Origin: Pseudomonadota bacterium
Lineage (GTDB): Bacteria; Pseudomonadota; Gammaproteobacteria; SURF-13
Assembly: GCA_041695325.1 (NCBI GenBank)
Contig: JBGFRC010000029.1
Span: 4,526-68,525 of the forward strand
DNA: 64,000 bases
Direction: 5' to 3'
The notes under the pieces were generated by a model. The model worked only from the letters and a program-made list of their open reading frames with translations. It was not told the DNA's origin and made no database searches. Of this stretch, positions 41,021 through 50,975 are shown one piece after another (the stretch's first letter is position 1; every line of letters starts with the position of its first letter). The translations under genes were made by a program, and so were the position numbers.

Positions 41021-43115
41021 ATATCCTAAAGGGTCAGAATGGCGCAGATGGGATCTACACATCCATACGCCTGCATCCACGTTACACAACGAGTTTAATG
41101 GATGGGAATCATATCTTGACGCTATCGAGGCGGCTGATCCTGCAATATGCGCTGTAGGAATTACAGACTATGCGTCACTGGATGGCTACAAGCGCATCAG
41201 GAATGAAATCGACGCAAAGAGCCGTCTCGCAAATATTTCGCTTGTTTTACCGAACATAGAATTTCGAGTTTCTCCTTTTACCAAACAAGGGTCCGCGATC
41301 AATCTGCACGTTCTCGTTGACCCAAGAGAAGCAGATCACATTCAGCGAATTGAGGACGCCCTTAATCGGCTCACATTCACATATCAGGGCCAAAAGTACC
41401 CTTGCAATCAAGCCGGTCTGAGAGATCTAGGAAAGGCTTTTGATGGATCTATAAAGGATGGCGATGCGGCTTATCGTGAGGGTGTTAAACAATTCAAGCC
41501 AGATTTTGAGGTGTTCCGGGAGTGGTACGACAGCGAGAAATGGTTGAAACGTAATTCCCTCATTGTCGTCTCAAATAGCAGTAATGACGGGGCTTCCGGG
41601 CTGAAGCATGACGACGGCTATAAGGCAAAAAGGCAGGAGATATACCGCTTCAGCAACGCGGTTTTCTCGGGCAATCCAAAGGATCGTGAATATTTCTGCG
41701 GCAAAGGGCCAGACAGCGAAGAGCAGCTAGCCCAAACAGTCAATGGGCGTAAGCCGTGTGTCCATGGCTCGGACGCTCACAAGGAAGAGAGGCTTTTTAG
41801 GCCTGACGAAGAAAGGTTTTGCTGGATAAAAGCTGACCCAACCTTTGAAGGCCTTCGTCAGATCCTTTATGAGCCGGAAGCACGTGTGCATATCGGCAAA
41901 ACCTATCCAGAAGCGCGAGACGAAAACCGGATCATCAGTTCAGTACGGTTCATAGGAACGAATGGATGGTTTCATGACATTGAACTTCCAATCAATCCGG
42001 CATTGGTAAATATCATCGGTAGTAAAGGTTCCGGCAAGACAGCTTTGGTTGACCTTGTTGCATATGCAACTGGGTCGTGGACCAGCAACACTAATTCCTT
42101 TCTATACAAGGCACACAGGGAACTCGAAGGTTCTGAAGTAGTAGTCACATGGTCTGGGGGCGGAAAAGACGCTGTCGTGGTTCCCAAACGTCTCGAAGAT
42201 GGACGTGATCAGAAGGTTAGGTATCTTTCTCAGCAATTCGTCGAGCATCTGTGCTCAGAAGATAAGGTGGGCACAGAATTGGTTCATGAGATTGAGCAAG
42301 TCATCTTCGAGTATTTAGACGATACAGAAAAGCTTGGAGAAACCAGTTTTTCTGGTCTTCGTATCGCCAAAACAGGGAGTGTGCGAAATCAGCAAGTACG
42401 ACTTCGGTCATCTATTGCGAAACTGAATCAAGATATCGATGAGTTACGGCTGGAGATCGACTCGCGACATCAAAAAGCTGAGCGTGTGGCGGAGCTAGAA
42501 AACGAACGTAAGGGTCTTGAGAAGCAAAAGCCTGCCTTCGACTCCGAGGAAGAACAAAAGATTGAGGATGAGTTGTCAGTGTTGCGCGACACACGACAGA
42601 AATTGGTAGACAAGATCAGTGCCCAGAAGCAGCAGTTAGAACGCATTGCCGAGGTCCGGGATCGAGTCGCTTCATTCGAAGACGACATGAAGGGATTCTT
42701 TAATGAGTTAATGGCTGAACTAAGAGATTTGGGTGTCGAAAGAGAGGAGCTTGAGAACTTCCACCCCTCATTCCGCGGTGATGTGCGAAAACCGCTGGAC
42801 AAAAAGGAGAAACAAATACGAACTGAGATTGACACGGAAACCGGTTCTGACGGTGATAAGTACCCTGACAAGGGAACGTTGTGTGCTGTTGATCACCGAA
42901 TTGGTGAGCTGGAGAAGTTGTCTTTCGTCGATCAAGCGAAGAAACAACGAAACATTGAGATTCAGAAGCGAGTGGCTGCTATCGATGCCGAAATCGCAAA
43001 GCTGCGTAAGGCGATCAAATCAATCGATTCAACAAGGAAGACAGAGCTTGCCACCAAGATTGAAGAGCGTTGGGACAAATACCTCTGGACTTCCCCCGAA
43101 TTCATGGACACCGGC

Positions 43116-43979
43116 TCAAGCAACTTGATTCATCGCCTCGAACTCGGCCGGTGAACGGTAGCCGAGGGTCGAATGACGACGTTGCCGATTGTAGAACACT
43201 TCGATGTATTCAAAGATATCCTGTTTCGCTTCTTCCCGCGTGAGATAGCGCCGGTCGTGGATCAGCTCCTTCTTGAGCGTGCCGAAGAAGCTCTCCACGC
43301 AGGCATTGTCCCAGCAGTTGCCCTTGCGGCTCATCGAACACGTGAGGCCGGCGTGGGTGAGCAGGTCCTGGTAATCCTGGCTCGCGTACTGCACGCCGCG
43401 ATCCGAGTGATGCAGCAACCCCTTGGCCGGTTTCCGGCGCCACAGCGCCATGGTGAGCGCCGTTGCGGCGAGATCGGCGGTGAGGCGCGATCCCATTGCC
43501 CAGCCGATGACCCGGCGGGAGAAAAGATCGAGCACGACCGCCAGATACAGCCAACCCTCGGCGGTTGCCACGCAGGTGATGTCGCCGGCCCAGACGCGGT
43601 TGGGCGCCGTCACGGTGAATTGCCGAGCGAGCGTGTTGCCGGCCACGGGCAGCTGGTGCGCGGCGTCGGTAGTCGCTTTCCACTTCTTCACCGTCTTGGC
43701 GCGAATGCCGTGGGCCCGCATCAGCCGCGCCACCCGGTTCTCGCCGACCCGGCGGCCGCGTTTCCTCAGCACATCGCAGATGCTGGGGCTGCCGTAGGTG
43801 CGCCGGCTCTCGGCGTGGAGCGCGCGAATCTCCCCCAGCAGCGCCCGGTTGGCCCGTGCACGACGGCTCTCGGGCCGGGTAGCCCAGGCGTAGTAGCCGG
43901 CGGGCGAGACCTCAAGCGCGCGGCACATGAGCCGGACGGAGAAACGGCAAGCGTGGTCCTGGATGGCCCGGTATCTCAT
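43116..43979 (-). CDS. IS3 transposase OrfB (DDE integrase core)
   Basis: WAGDIT, HHSDRGVQY, GNCWDNA..ESFFGTLKKE. Confidence 0.95.
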   Translation of the reverse strand: MRYRAIQDHACRFSVRLMCRALEVSPAGYYAWATRPESRRARANRALLGEIRALHAESRRTYGSPSICDVLRKRGRRVGENRVARLMRAHGIRAKTVKKWKATTDAAHQLPVAGNTLARQFTVTAPNRVWAGDITCVATAEGWLYLAVVLDLFSRRVIGWAMGSRLTADLAATALTMALWRRKPAKGLLHHSDRGVQYASQDYQDLLTHAGLTCSMSRKGNCWDNACVESFFGTLKKELIHDRRYLTREEAKQDIFEYIEVFYNRQRRHSTLGYRSPAEFEAMNQVA

Positions 43980-44272
43980 TTGCGTTCCCTCGCGAAGTAC
44001 GCCGCCGCAGATTTTAAAAAATCGCGTTCCTTCCTCACCGTGTCGAGCTCCCGGCGCAGCCGGACCAGCTCCTCGCGCTCGGCCCGAAGCGCGGAATGCG
44101 TCGTTCCCAGGCCCTTCGCCTCGTGCTCCTCGGTCCGCCAGCGGTACAGCAGGTTGTCCGCGATCCCGAGCTCCCGGGCCACCTCCGCCACGGGCTTGCC
44201 GGTCTCCTGCACCAGGCGCACGGCTTCGGTCTTGAACTCCTCGGTATACTTACGTCGTTTGGCTTCTGACAT
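43976..44272 (-). CDS. IS3 transposase OrfA (HTH)
   Basis: RRKYTEEFK.EAV, VARELGI, ERDFLK; ATGA overlap with OrfB. Confidence 0.92.
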   Translation of the reverse strand: MSEAKRRKYTEEFKTEAVRLVQETGKPVAEVARELGIADNLLYRWRTEEHEAKGLGTTHSALRAEREELVRLRRELDTVRKERDFLKSAAAYFARERK

Positions 44273-45198
44273 GGTTTCCTCCGATTTCGGTATTGTCCAC
44301 CTTAGGGAGGTGTCCACGAAATCGGGGGAGGTTCACTCAGCTACTTTGACAACCTCAAGAACGAACAAGAAATCCTAGAGTCCCTTTATCGGTCGCTGGG
44401 ACACGCCTTGGGGGCTGGATCAAAAGAAGAGCAGAGGTTGGAGTTCTACATAAAATGGCGCGCAGACATTGACGGGTGGGCAAATGCTGGCGAGGCGTTG
44501 TTGGATAAAAGAAAGCAGGGACCATATCGTGCATTCGGAGAGCTTGCCAGCAAAGCTAGGGAATTCCTAGAAGGACCTTGGATAAATGGCGACAAAGAGG
44601 GCATTCGTAAGAGTCTGGAGGAAATGCGCGCAACGTATGACCACGTAGACGGTGAATACAGCCTTCAGTCCCAACTATTGAGTAGCGTTACAAGAGCCAA
44701 ATTCGATGACTGGCTCTTTAGTACGGAGCACATATCACTCAGTTATGGAATTCGATATGACGGCGTCGAACTTGAAAATCTCTCGCCAGGCACGAAAGGT
44801 ATTGTGTTGCTGATCCTGTATCTGGAGATGGATAAGAACGACCGCAGGCCATTGCTTATCGACCAACCAGAAGAGAATCTGGATAACGAATCGGTCTACA
44901 AGGTGCTTACTGGATACTTCCGGAAGGCGAAGCAGAGAAGACAGATCATTTTGATAACGCATAATCCGAATCTGGTCGTCAATACCGATTCTGAGCAGGT
45001 TATCGTGGCATCGTATCTCAAGTCACCACCGCTGGGTGACGTGAGAATCAAATATTCTCTGGGTTCGCTAGAAGACACCAGACTTGATCCGACAGGGCTG
45101 GATGTTGGAACACGAGAAAAGGTTTGCGAAATACTAGAAGGCGGAGAACGCGCATTTCATATGCGCGAGAAGAAGTACGCCTTTGATAGAAGATAGAA

Positions 45199-46689
45199 AT
45201 GAATACTTCGACAATCGTCCAAAAACTCTGGAACTACTGCAACGTCCTGCGCGACGATGGCATGTCGTACGGCGACTACGTCGAACAGCTTACCTACTTG
45301 CTGTTCCTCAAGATGGCCGACGAGCGCACCAAGGCGCCATACAGCCAGAAGAGCCCGGTGCCAGAGAAGTACAGTTGGCCGAGCCTCATCAAGAAAGACG
45401 GCGACGAGCTGTTCGATCACTACCGCCACACCCTGGAGGCGCTGGGCAACCAGAAGGGCCTGCTCGGGCTGATCTTCAACAAGTCGCAGAACAAGTTTCA
45501 GGACCCGGCCAAGCTGCGGCGGCTGGTGGTTGACCTCATCGACAAGGAGGAATGGGTGTCGATGAGCGCCGACGTGAAGGGCGATGCCTACGAAGGTCTG
45601 CTGGAGAAGAACGCCCAGGACACCAAGTCCGGCGCCGGCCAGTATTTCACCCCGCGCCCGCTGATCCAGGCGATTGTGGATGTCATGGCCCCGAAGCCCG
45701 GCGAGACCGTGAGCGACCCGGCCTGCGGCACCGGCGGTTTTCTGCTCGCGGCGCACGACTACGTGGTGAAGCACAATCCAAACCTGACCAAGCCGCAAAA
45801 GACCAAACTCAAGGAGGAAACCTTCAAGGGCTGGGAGCTGGTGCAGGCCACGGCGCGGCTGTGCGCCATGAACATGCTGCTGCACGGCATCGGCAGCCAG
45901 GACTTCGAGCCCATCGTGGTGGCCGACTCGCTGGCCGCCGATCCCGGCGACCGCTTTGACCTGGTGCTTACCAATCCGCCCTTCGGCAAGAAGAGCAGCA
46001 CAACGATTGTTGGTGAAGAAGGGAAGGTGAGCAAAGAGCGCGACATCGTCGAGCGCGGCGACTTCTGGACCACCACCTCGAACAAACAGCTCAACTTCGT
46101 CCAGCACGTCAAAACCCTGCTCAGGCAAAACGGCCGCGCCGCCGTGGTCGTGCCCGACAACGTGCTGTTCGAAGGCGGCGCCGGCGAAACCATCCGGCGC
46201 AAGCTGCTGCACGAGTGCGACGTCCACACCCTGCTGCGCCTGCCCACCGGCCTGTTCTATGCCCAGGGCGTGAAGGCGAACGTGCTGTTCTTCGACAAGA
46301 AACCCGCCAGCGAAACCCCGTGGACCAGGAAGCTCTGGATCTATGACCTGCGCACCAACATGCACTTCACGCTCAAGACCGACCCCTTGAAGCGCGAAGA
46401 CCTGGATGAATTCGTGAAGTGCTACAACCCCGAGAACCGCCATCTGCGCAAGGCCACCTGGTCCGAGAAGAAGCCCGAAGGCCGCTGGCGTGCCTACAGC
46501 TACGACGAACTCATCAACCGCGACAAGGCCAGTCTCGACATCTTCTGGCTCAAGGATGAATCGCTATCCGAGTCCGAAAACCTCCCGGCCCCGGACGTGC
46601 TGGCGCAGGAGATCGTTGACGACCTGGAGGCGGCGTTGAACCAATTCCGGGAGATTGTTACAGATCTGACTGAAGGTGGCGCAAGGTAA
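45199..46689 (+). CDS. hsdM: Type I R-M N6-adenine methyltransferase subunit
   Basis: GQYFTPR, DPACGTGGFL (motif I), NPPF (motif IV). Confidence 0.95.
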   Translation: MNTSTIVQKLWNYCNVLRDDGMSYGDYVEQLTYLLFLKMADERTKAPYSQKSPVPEKYSWPSLIKKDGDELFDHYRHTLEALGNQKGLLGLIFNKSQNKFQDPAKLRRLVVDLIDKEEWVSMSADVKGDAYEGLLEKNAQDTKSGAGQYFTPRPLIQAIVDVMAPKPGETVSDPACGTGGFLLAAHDYVVKHNPNLTKPQKTKLKEETFKGWELVQATARLCAMNMLLHGIGSQDFEPIVVADSLAADPGDRFDLVLTNPPFGKKSSTTIVGEEGKVSKERDIVERGDFWTTTSNKQLNFVQHVKTLLRQNGRAAVVVPDNVLFEGGAGETIRRKLLHECDVHTLLRLPTGLFYAQGVKANVLFFDKKPASETPWTRKLWIYDLRTNMHFTLKTDPLKREDLDEFVKCYNPENRHLRKATWSEKKPEGRWRAYSYDELINRDKASLDIFWLKDESLSESENLPAPDVLAQEIVDDLEAALNQFREIVTDLTEGGAR

Positions 46690-46751
46690 TCAGGTTCTTG
46701 CGGCTGGGCTGAGAGGTGAGAGCAGTTCAGTATTTGTCTGCCGGTGGAAAG

Positions 46752-46774
46752 AAAAAGGCCGAAGATTTTCGGCC
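46752..46774 (-). terminator. Terminator downstream of tmRNA
   Basis: Minus strand GGCCGAA-AATC-TTCGGCC followed by TTTTT, just after the CCA end. Confidence 0.75.
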
Positions 46775-46782
46775 AGGTTAAA

Positions 46783-47153
46783 TGGTGGAGGCGGTGGGAA
46801 TCGAACCCACGTCCGCAAGTCCGCCGCCCTTGGTTCTACATGCGTAGCCTCATCTTTGGATTTAACCGGCCGTTACCCGACAGGCAGGGAACACAGCAGG
46901 CGAGCCCGGCAGGGTTTTAGCGCGTTGACCCCGGGCGGGGGCCGCGGCGCGATCTTGTGAGCGTCGTCCCCTGAACGTCCTTACGGACCTGAACGCACAA
47001 GCACGGCTTCAGTCAGAGGTTAGCGGGGATTAGGCCGCTAAGGCGTAGTTGTCGTCGTTGGCAACTATTGGTTTGCAGTTTGATTAACGAGGTGAACTGC
47101 ACCTCGGCATGCCCCTCAGGTTTTGTGACCCACGTCGAAACCGGGTCGCCCCC
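46783..47153 (-). ncRNA. ssrA: tmRNA
   Basis: 5' GGGGGCGACCCGGTTTCGAC; 3' GGTTCGATTCCCACCGCCTCCACCA; tag reading frame ANDDNYALAA*; adjacent to smpB. Confidence 0.97.
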
Positions 47154-47203
47154 AAAGAGTTACTGGTAGGACAGTATAACCTCTAAATCAGTTCCACACC
47201 ACG

Positions 47204-47671
47204 TCAGCGTGACTTGAGCAGGCGCTGTTTCTCACGCTGCCAGTCGCGTTCACGCTCGGTTTCGCGCTTGTCGTGGGCCTGTTTGCCCTTGGCGAGGGAG
47301 ATTTCCAGCTTGGCGCGGCCGTTTTTCCAGTAGATCGAAAGCGGCACCAAGGTGTAGCCCTTGCGCTCCACCGCGCCGATGAGCTTGTTCAGCTCCTCCC
47401 GGTGCAGCAGCAGTTTGCGCGTGCGCAGGGGGTCGGGGTGGACGTGGGTGGAGGCGGCGGGCAGAGGGGAGATATGGGCGCCGAACAGCCAGGCCTCGCC
47501 GTTTTTCAGCAGCACGTAGCCTTCCTTGAGCTGCACGCGCCCGGCGCGCAGGCTTTTGACTTCCCATCCTTCGAGGGCGAGGCCCGCCTCGACGCGGTCT
47601 TCCAGAAAGTAGTCATGGCGCGCCTTCTTGTTGACGGCGATGGTGCGCGGCGCGGGTTTCTCTTTGCTCAT
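47204..47671 (-). CDS. smpB: SsrA-binding protein
   Basis: [39 protein letters not shown]. Confidence 0.97.
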   Translation of the reverse strand: MSKEKPAPRTIAVNKKARHDYFLEDRVEAGLALEGWEVKSLRAGRVQLKEGYVLLKNGEAWLFGAHISPLPAASTHVHPDPLRTRKLLLHREELNKLIGAVERKGYTLVPLSIYWKNGRAKLEISLAKGKQAHDKRETERERDWQREKQRLLKSR

Positions 47672-47757
47672 GGAGACATTATATAGCGCCGGCACGCCGG
47701 GAATCACGGAGATTCAGCCTCGTTGAGTGCGCCGCGCAAGTGGGCGATAATAGCGCC

Positions 47758-48189
47758 ATGATCAGCAAAAGCGCGCTGGTGCCCTACGCGGCGGGCGACA
47801 TGTACGCCCTGGTGGATGACATCGGTTCCTATCACAAGTTCCTGCCCTGGTGCCGCTCCTCGCGCGAGATCTCCCGCAACGAGGACGAGGTGCACGGTGA
47901 GCTGGAAATCGCCTACGGCGGGATGCACAAGTCCTTCACCACCTGCAACCGGCTGCAGAAAAACAAGATGATCGAGATGCGCCTGGTGCAGGGGCCGCTC
48001 CGTCATCTGGAGGGTTTCTGGCGCTTCGACACGCTGGGCGAGGAGGCGTGCAAGGTGAGTCTTGATCTCGATTTCGAGTTTCACAACAAATTGGTCGGGT
48101 TGGCGTTCGGCCCGGTGTTCAACCAGATCAGCAACAGCCTGGTGGACGCCTTTTGCGCGCGCGCGCGGCAGGTGTATGGCAAACGCTGA
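47758..48189 (+). CDS. ratA: RatA/PasT START-domain protein
   Basis: SALVPY..MY.LV.D...Y..FLPWC; divergent from smpB; start uncertain (alternative GTG 47740). Confidence 0.9.
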   Translation: MISKSALVPYAAGDMYALVDDIGSYHKFLPWCRSSREISRNEDEVHGELEIAYGGMHKSFTTCNRLQKNKMIEMRLVQGPLRHLEGFWRFDTLGEEACKVSLDLDFEFHNKLVGLAFGPVFNQISNSLVDAFCARARQVYGKR

Positions 48190-48508
48190 TCCGCCCGCCG
48201 CGGCACAGGCTGGGGCGCGCACGATTAACGTGGAGGTCGCCTATGCGCGGCCGGACGTGCAGGTAATTTTGCCGCTGGAATTGCCCGCGGGCAGCACGCT
48301 GGAGCAGGCAATCCACGCCTCCGGCATTCTGGAGCGTTTCCCGGAGATTGATCTCAAGGTGAACAAGGTGAGCGTGTACGGCAAGCTTGCCAGGCTCAAT
48401 CAGCCCCTGCGCGCGCGCGACCGGGTGGAGATCAACCGGCCGCTCATCGCCGACCCCAAGCAGGTGCGTAAGCAGCGCGCCGCGCAGCAGGAGAAGGCCG
48501 GGGGCTAG
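48176..48508 (+). CDS. ratB: RnfH/RatB ubiquitin-like protein
   Basis: VEVAYA, DRVEI.RPL.ADPK..R..RA. Confidence 0.88.
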   Translation: MANADPPAAAQAGARTINVEVAYARPDVQVILPLELPAGSTLEQAIHASGILERFPEIDLKVNKVSVYGKLARLNQPLRARDRVEINRPLIADPKQVRKQRAAQQEKAGG

Positions 48509-48520
48509 TCTTGCGTCGGC

Positions 48521-48901
48521 TTAAGGCTCTCGCGCCTCCGCCGGGCCGTCCGGTGGGCTTGAAGGCGCCGCCGCGGGCTTGACGTCGCCTTCGATGCGGG
48601 TGAGCTTGTCGTCGTCGAAAAACAGCGTGAGCCGCTGCTGCTGGCGCTCGCCGCCGCCCGGTTGTAGGCTGTAGACATAGTCCCAGCGGTTCTGGTGGAA
48701 GGCATCGGCGATGGCCGGCGTGCCGAGCACGAATTTGACCTGGTTTTTGGTCATGCCCGGCTTGAGCTTGTCCACCATCTCTTGGGTGATGACATTGCCC
48801 TGCTGGATGTCTATCTTATGGACGCCGGGGATGGGCATGGAGGGGCAGCCCCCGATCGCCAGACTTGCGCTCAGGAGCAAAACAATGCGAAGCTTAGACA
48901 T
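48521..48901 (-). CDS. bamE: Outer membrane assembly lipoprotein BamE
   Basis: Lipobox-like IGGC, DIQQGN, GMTK.QV...LGTP, RWDY. Confidence 0.93.
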   Translation of the reverse strand: MSKLRIVLLLSASLAIGGCPSMPIPGVHKIDIQQGNVITQEMVDKLKPGMTKNQVKFVLGTPAIADAFHQNRWDYVYSLQPGGGERQQQRLTLFFDDDKLTRIEGDVKPAAAPSSPPDGPAEAREP

Positions 48902-48962
48902 GAGTGGAACTGGACGGCTGGTGTTTAGTGAATGTTGTATGATAGCGTAAGGGTGCCTTTAA

Positions 48963-49415
48963 ATGAAGCGCAGCGCTGAAACGGGAACGCAGGCCGAAAG
49001 CCGCGATTTAAAAAACGCCGGGCTCAAGGCCACCTTGCCGCGCATCAAGATTCTGCAGATGCTGGAGAGCAGTCCGGAGCGCCACCTGAGCGCCGAGGAT
49101 ATCTACAAGAGCCTGCTCGAAGGCGGCGAGGACGTGGGTCTGGCCACTGTGTACCGCGTGCTGACCCAGTTTGAATCCGCCGGACTGGTGTCGCGCCATC
49201 ACTTTGAAGGCGGGCACTCGGTGTTCGAACTCAACGTGGGCAAACATCACGATCATATTCTGTGCGTGAAGTGCGGCAAGGTGGAAGAGTTCGTGGACGA
49301 AATGATCGAACAGCGTCAGCGCGCCATCGCTAAAAAGGCCGGTTTTTCCATGACTGATCATTCGCTCTACATTTACGGCATCTGCGCCGCCTGCCAGCAC
49401 CTTAAGGGAGCATAA
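48963..49415 (+). CDS. fur: Ferric uptake regulator
   Basis: GLKATLPR, GLATVYRVLTQF, HHDH, CxxC motifs. Confidence 0.96.
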   Translation: MKRSAETGTQAESRDLKNAGLKATLPRIKILQMLESSPERHLSAEDIYKSLLEGGEDVGLATVYRVLTQFESAGLVSRHHFEGGHSVFELNVGKHHDHILCVKCGKVEEFVDEMIEQRQRAIAKKAGFSMTDHSLYIYGICAACQHLKGA

Positions 49416-49460
49416 TTGCCGGATCTGAATTAAGCCTGGCCGGAGCAGGTTTAAAAAATA

Positions 49461-50351
49461 ATGAAAAGCGGGCTGCTCTCCTGTCTGCTGATTGCATTCA
49501 GCGCGGTTGCCGCCGCCAATGACGCGCCGCGCCTGCCCGACACCCTCACCGGCGGCGAGTTTGTCTATACGGTGCAGGCGGGCGATTCGCTCGGCGGGAT
49601 CAGCTCGCGTTTCGGCATGGACGCGGCGCTGCTCGCGCGCCTCAATGCCCTGGAACGCAACGCGCGTCTCCAGCCCGGTCAGGAGCTGCGGATCGAGAAC
49701 CGGCATATCGTGCCGGAGCGCCTGGACGCGGGTATCCTGATCAATCTGCCGCAGCGCATGCTGTTCTTCTTCAAGGAAGGAGAAGAGCTTTACGCCTCCT
49801 ATCCGGTCGGTCTGGGGCGCCCCGACTGGCCTACGTCCACGGGCAAGTTCAAGGTGCTCACCCTGGAAGAGAACCCTACCTGGGACGTGCCGCTCTCCAT
49901 TCAGGAAGAAATGCGCCGGGAAGGGAAGAAGGTGCTCACCCGCGTTCCGCCCGGCCCCGATAACCCGCTGGGGAAATACTGGCTGGGACTGAGTCTGCCT
50001 AGTATCGGCATACACGGCACCATCGCGCCCACCAGCGTATACCGGTTCCGAAGTCACGGCTGCATCCGCCTGCATCCTGACGACATCTTCGAGCTTTTCG
50101 CCAATATCTACGTTAATTTTGCAGGTAAAATCATATATCAGCGGGCTTTGTTAGCGCAGCTCCCCGACGGGCGAATCTTTCTTGAGGTACATCCAGATGT
50201 TTACAAACGTGGGGGTAATCCGTTAAAAAGGGTGCAAAAACTGGCCGCCGAGGCCGAAATAACGGATTTAGTAGACTGGGAAAAGGTGGAACGAGTCATC
50301 AAGCAGAGGGAAGGCCTGGCGCGCGAAGTCGGCGTGCAGGCTGGGGAATAA
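49461..50351 (+). CDS. LysM-containing L,D-transpeptidase (ErfK/YbiS/YcfS family)
   Basis: Signal peptide, LysM YTVQAGDSL, PGPDNPLG, GIHGT, SHGCIRL. Confidence 0.92.
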   Translation: MKSGLLSCLLIAFSAVAAANDAPRLPDTLTGGEFVYTVQAGDSLGGISSRFGMDAALLARLNALERNARLQPGQELRIENRHIVPERLDAGILINLPQRMLFFFKEGEELYASYPVGLGRPDWPTSTGKFKVLTLEENPTWDVPLSIQEEMRREGKKVLTRVPPGPDNPLGKYWLGLSLPSIGIHGTIAPTSVYRFRSHGCIRLHPDDIFELFANIYVNFAGKIIYQRALLAQLPDGRIFLEVHPDVYKRGGNPLKRVQKLAAEAEITDLVDWEKVERVIKQREGLAREVGVQAGE

Positions 50352-50373
50352 AGCGAATCGGCCGGAGGGAAGC

Positions 50374-50967
50374 ATGAAAAATGACGTGATCAGTGACCAG
50401 GGGAGTGGCCCCGGTGTGCAGCAAACTGTCAACCGGCGCCGCTTTTTGAAGCTTGGCGTGGCGGCGGGAGTGGCGGGGCTGTTGCCCGCGACGGCCTGGG
50501 GCGGGCTTGCTCGCAGCGCAGAACCCGCGCGCGAACTCGCCTTTTACAACACGCACACCGGCGAAAAACTTCGGGTGGCATACAGCGCAGAGGGGACGTA
50601 TATCCCCGAAGCGCTGGGCGAGATCAATCACGTGCTGCGCGATCATTACAGTGGCGCCGTGGGGGAAATAGACGCGCGCGTGCTCGATCTGTTGTATGAA
50701 TTAAAGCTGAAACTGGACACGCGCGAGCCGTTCCACATCATTTCGGCCTATCGCTCTCCGGAAACCAACGCCCGGCTGGCGGAGCGCAGCGGCGGCGTGG
50801 CTAAACGCAGCCTGCACGTGCACGGCATGGCGATAGACATCCGTGTGCCAGGGCGCGATCTCGCGCAGGTGCGCAAGGCGGCGGTGGCCTTGCAAGGCGG
50901 CGGTGTGGGCTATTATCGCGGCCCCAATTTCGTACACCTGGATACCGGCCGCGTGCGTTACTGGTAG
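50374..50967 (+). CDS. YcbK/DUF882 (MepK-like) peptidase M15 with Tat signal
   Basis: RRRFLK Tat motif, NTHTGE, SAYRSP.TN, SLH..GMAIDI, FVHLDTG. Confidence 0.9.
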   Translation: MKNDVISDQGSGPGVQQTVNRRRFLKLGVAAGVAGLLPATAWGGLARSAEPARELAFYNTHTGEKLRVAYSAEGTYIPEALGEINHVLRDHYSGAVGEIDARVLDLLYELKLKLDTREPFHIISAYRSPETNARLAERSGGVAKRSLHVHGMAIDIRVPGRDLAQVRKAAVALQGGGVGYYRGPNFVHLDTGRVRYW

Positions 50968-50975
50968 GCGGCGAA

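Larger units (their letters stand above)
43086..44335 (-). mobile_element. IS3-family insertion sequence, 1250 bp
   Basis: TG...CA ends; 27-bp IRs TGGACTTCCCCCGAATTCATGGACACC and TGAACCTCCCCCGATTTCGTGGACACC; 3-bp target duplication CTC. Confidence 0.96.
41010..45196 (+). pseudogene. PHP-domain + coiled-coil ABC ATPase (Ppl/TrlF-like), interrupted by IS3
   Basis: WRRWDLHIHTP, ITDY, GSDAH (PHP); GSKGSGKT Walker A; after the IS, LSPGTKG, LLIDQPEENLDN, ITHNP; removing the IS and one CTC restores a 977-aa frame. Confidence 0.88.

Noticed and set aside
43173-44378. 401-aa plus-strand ORF across the IS3
   Set aside because: Antisense to the transposase genes; not part of the interrupted ATPase
46676-46960. 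94-aa ORF after hsdM
   Set aside because: Overlaps the tmRNA on the opposite strand
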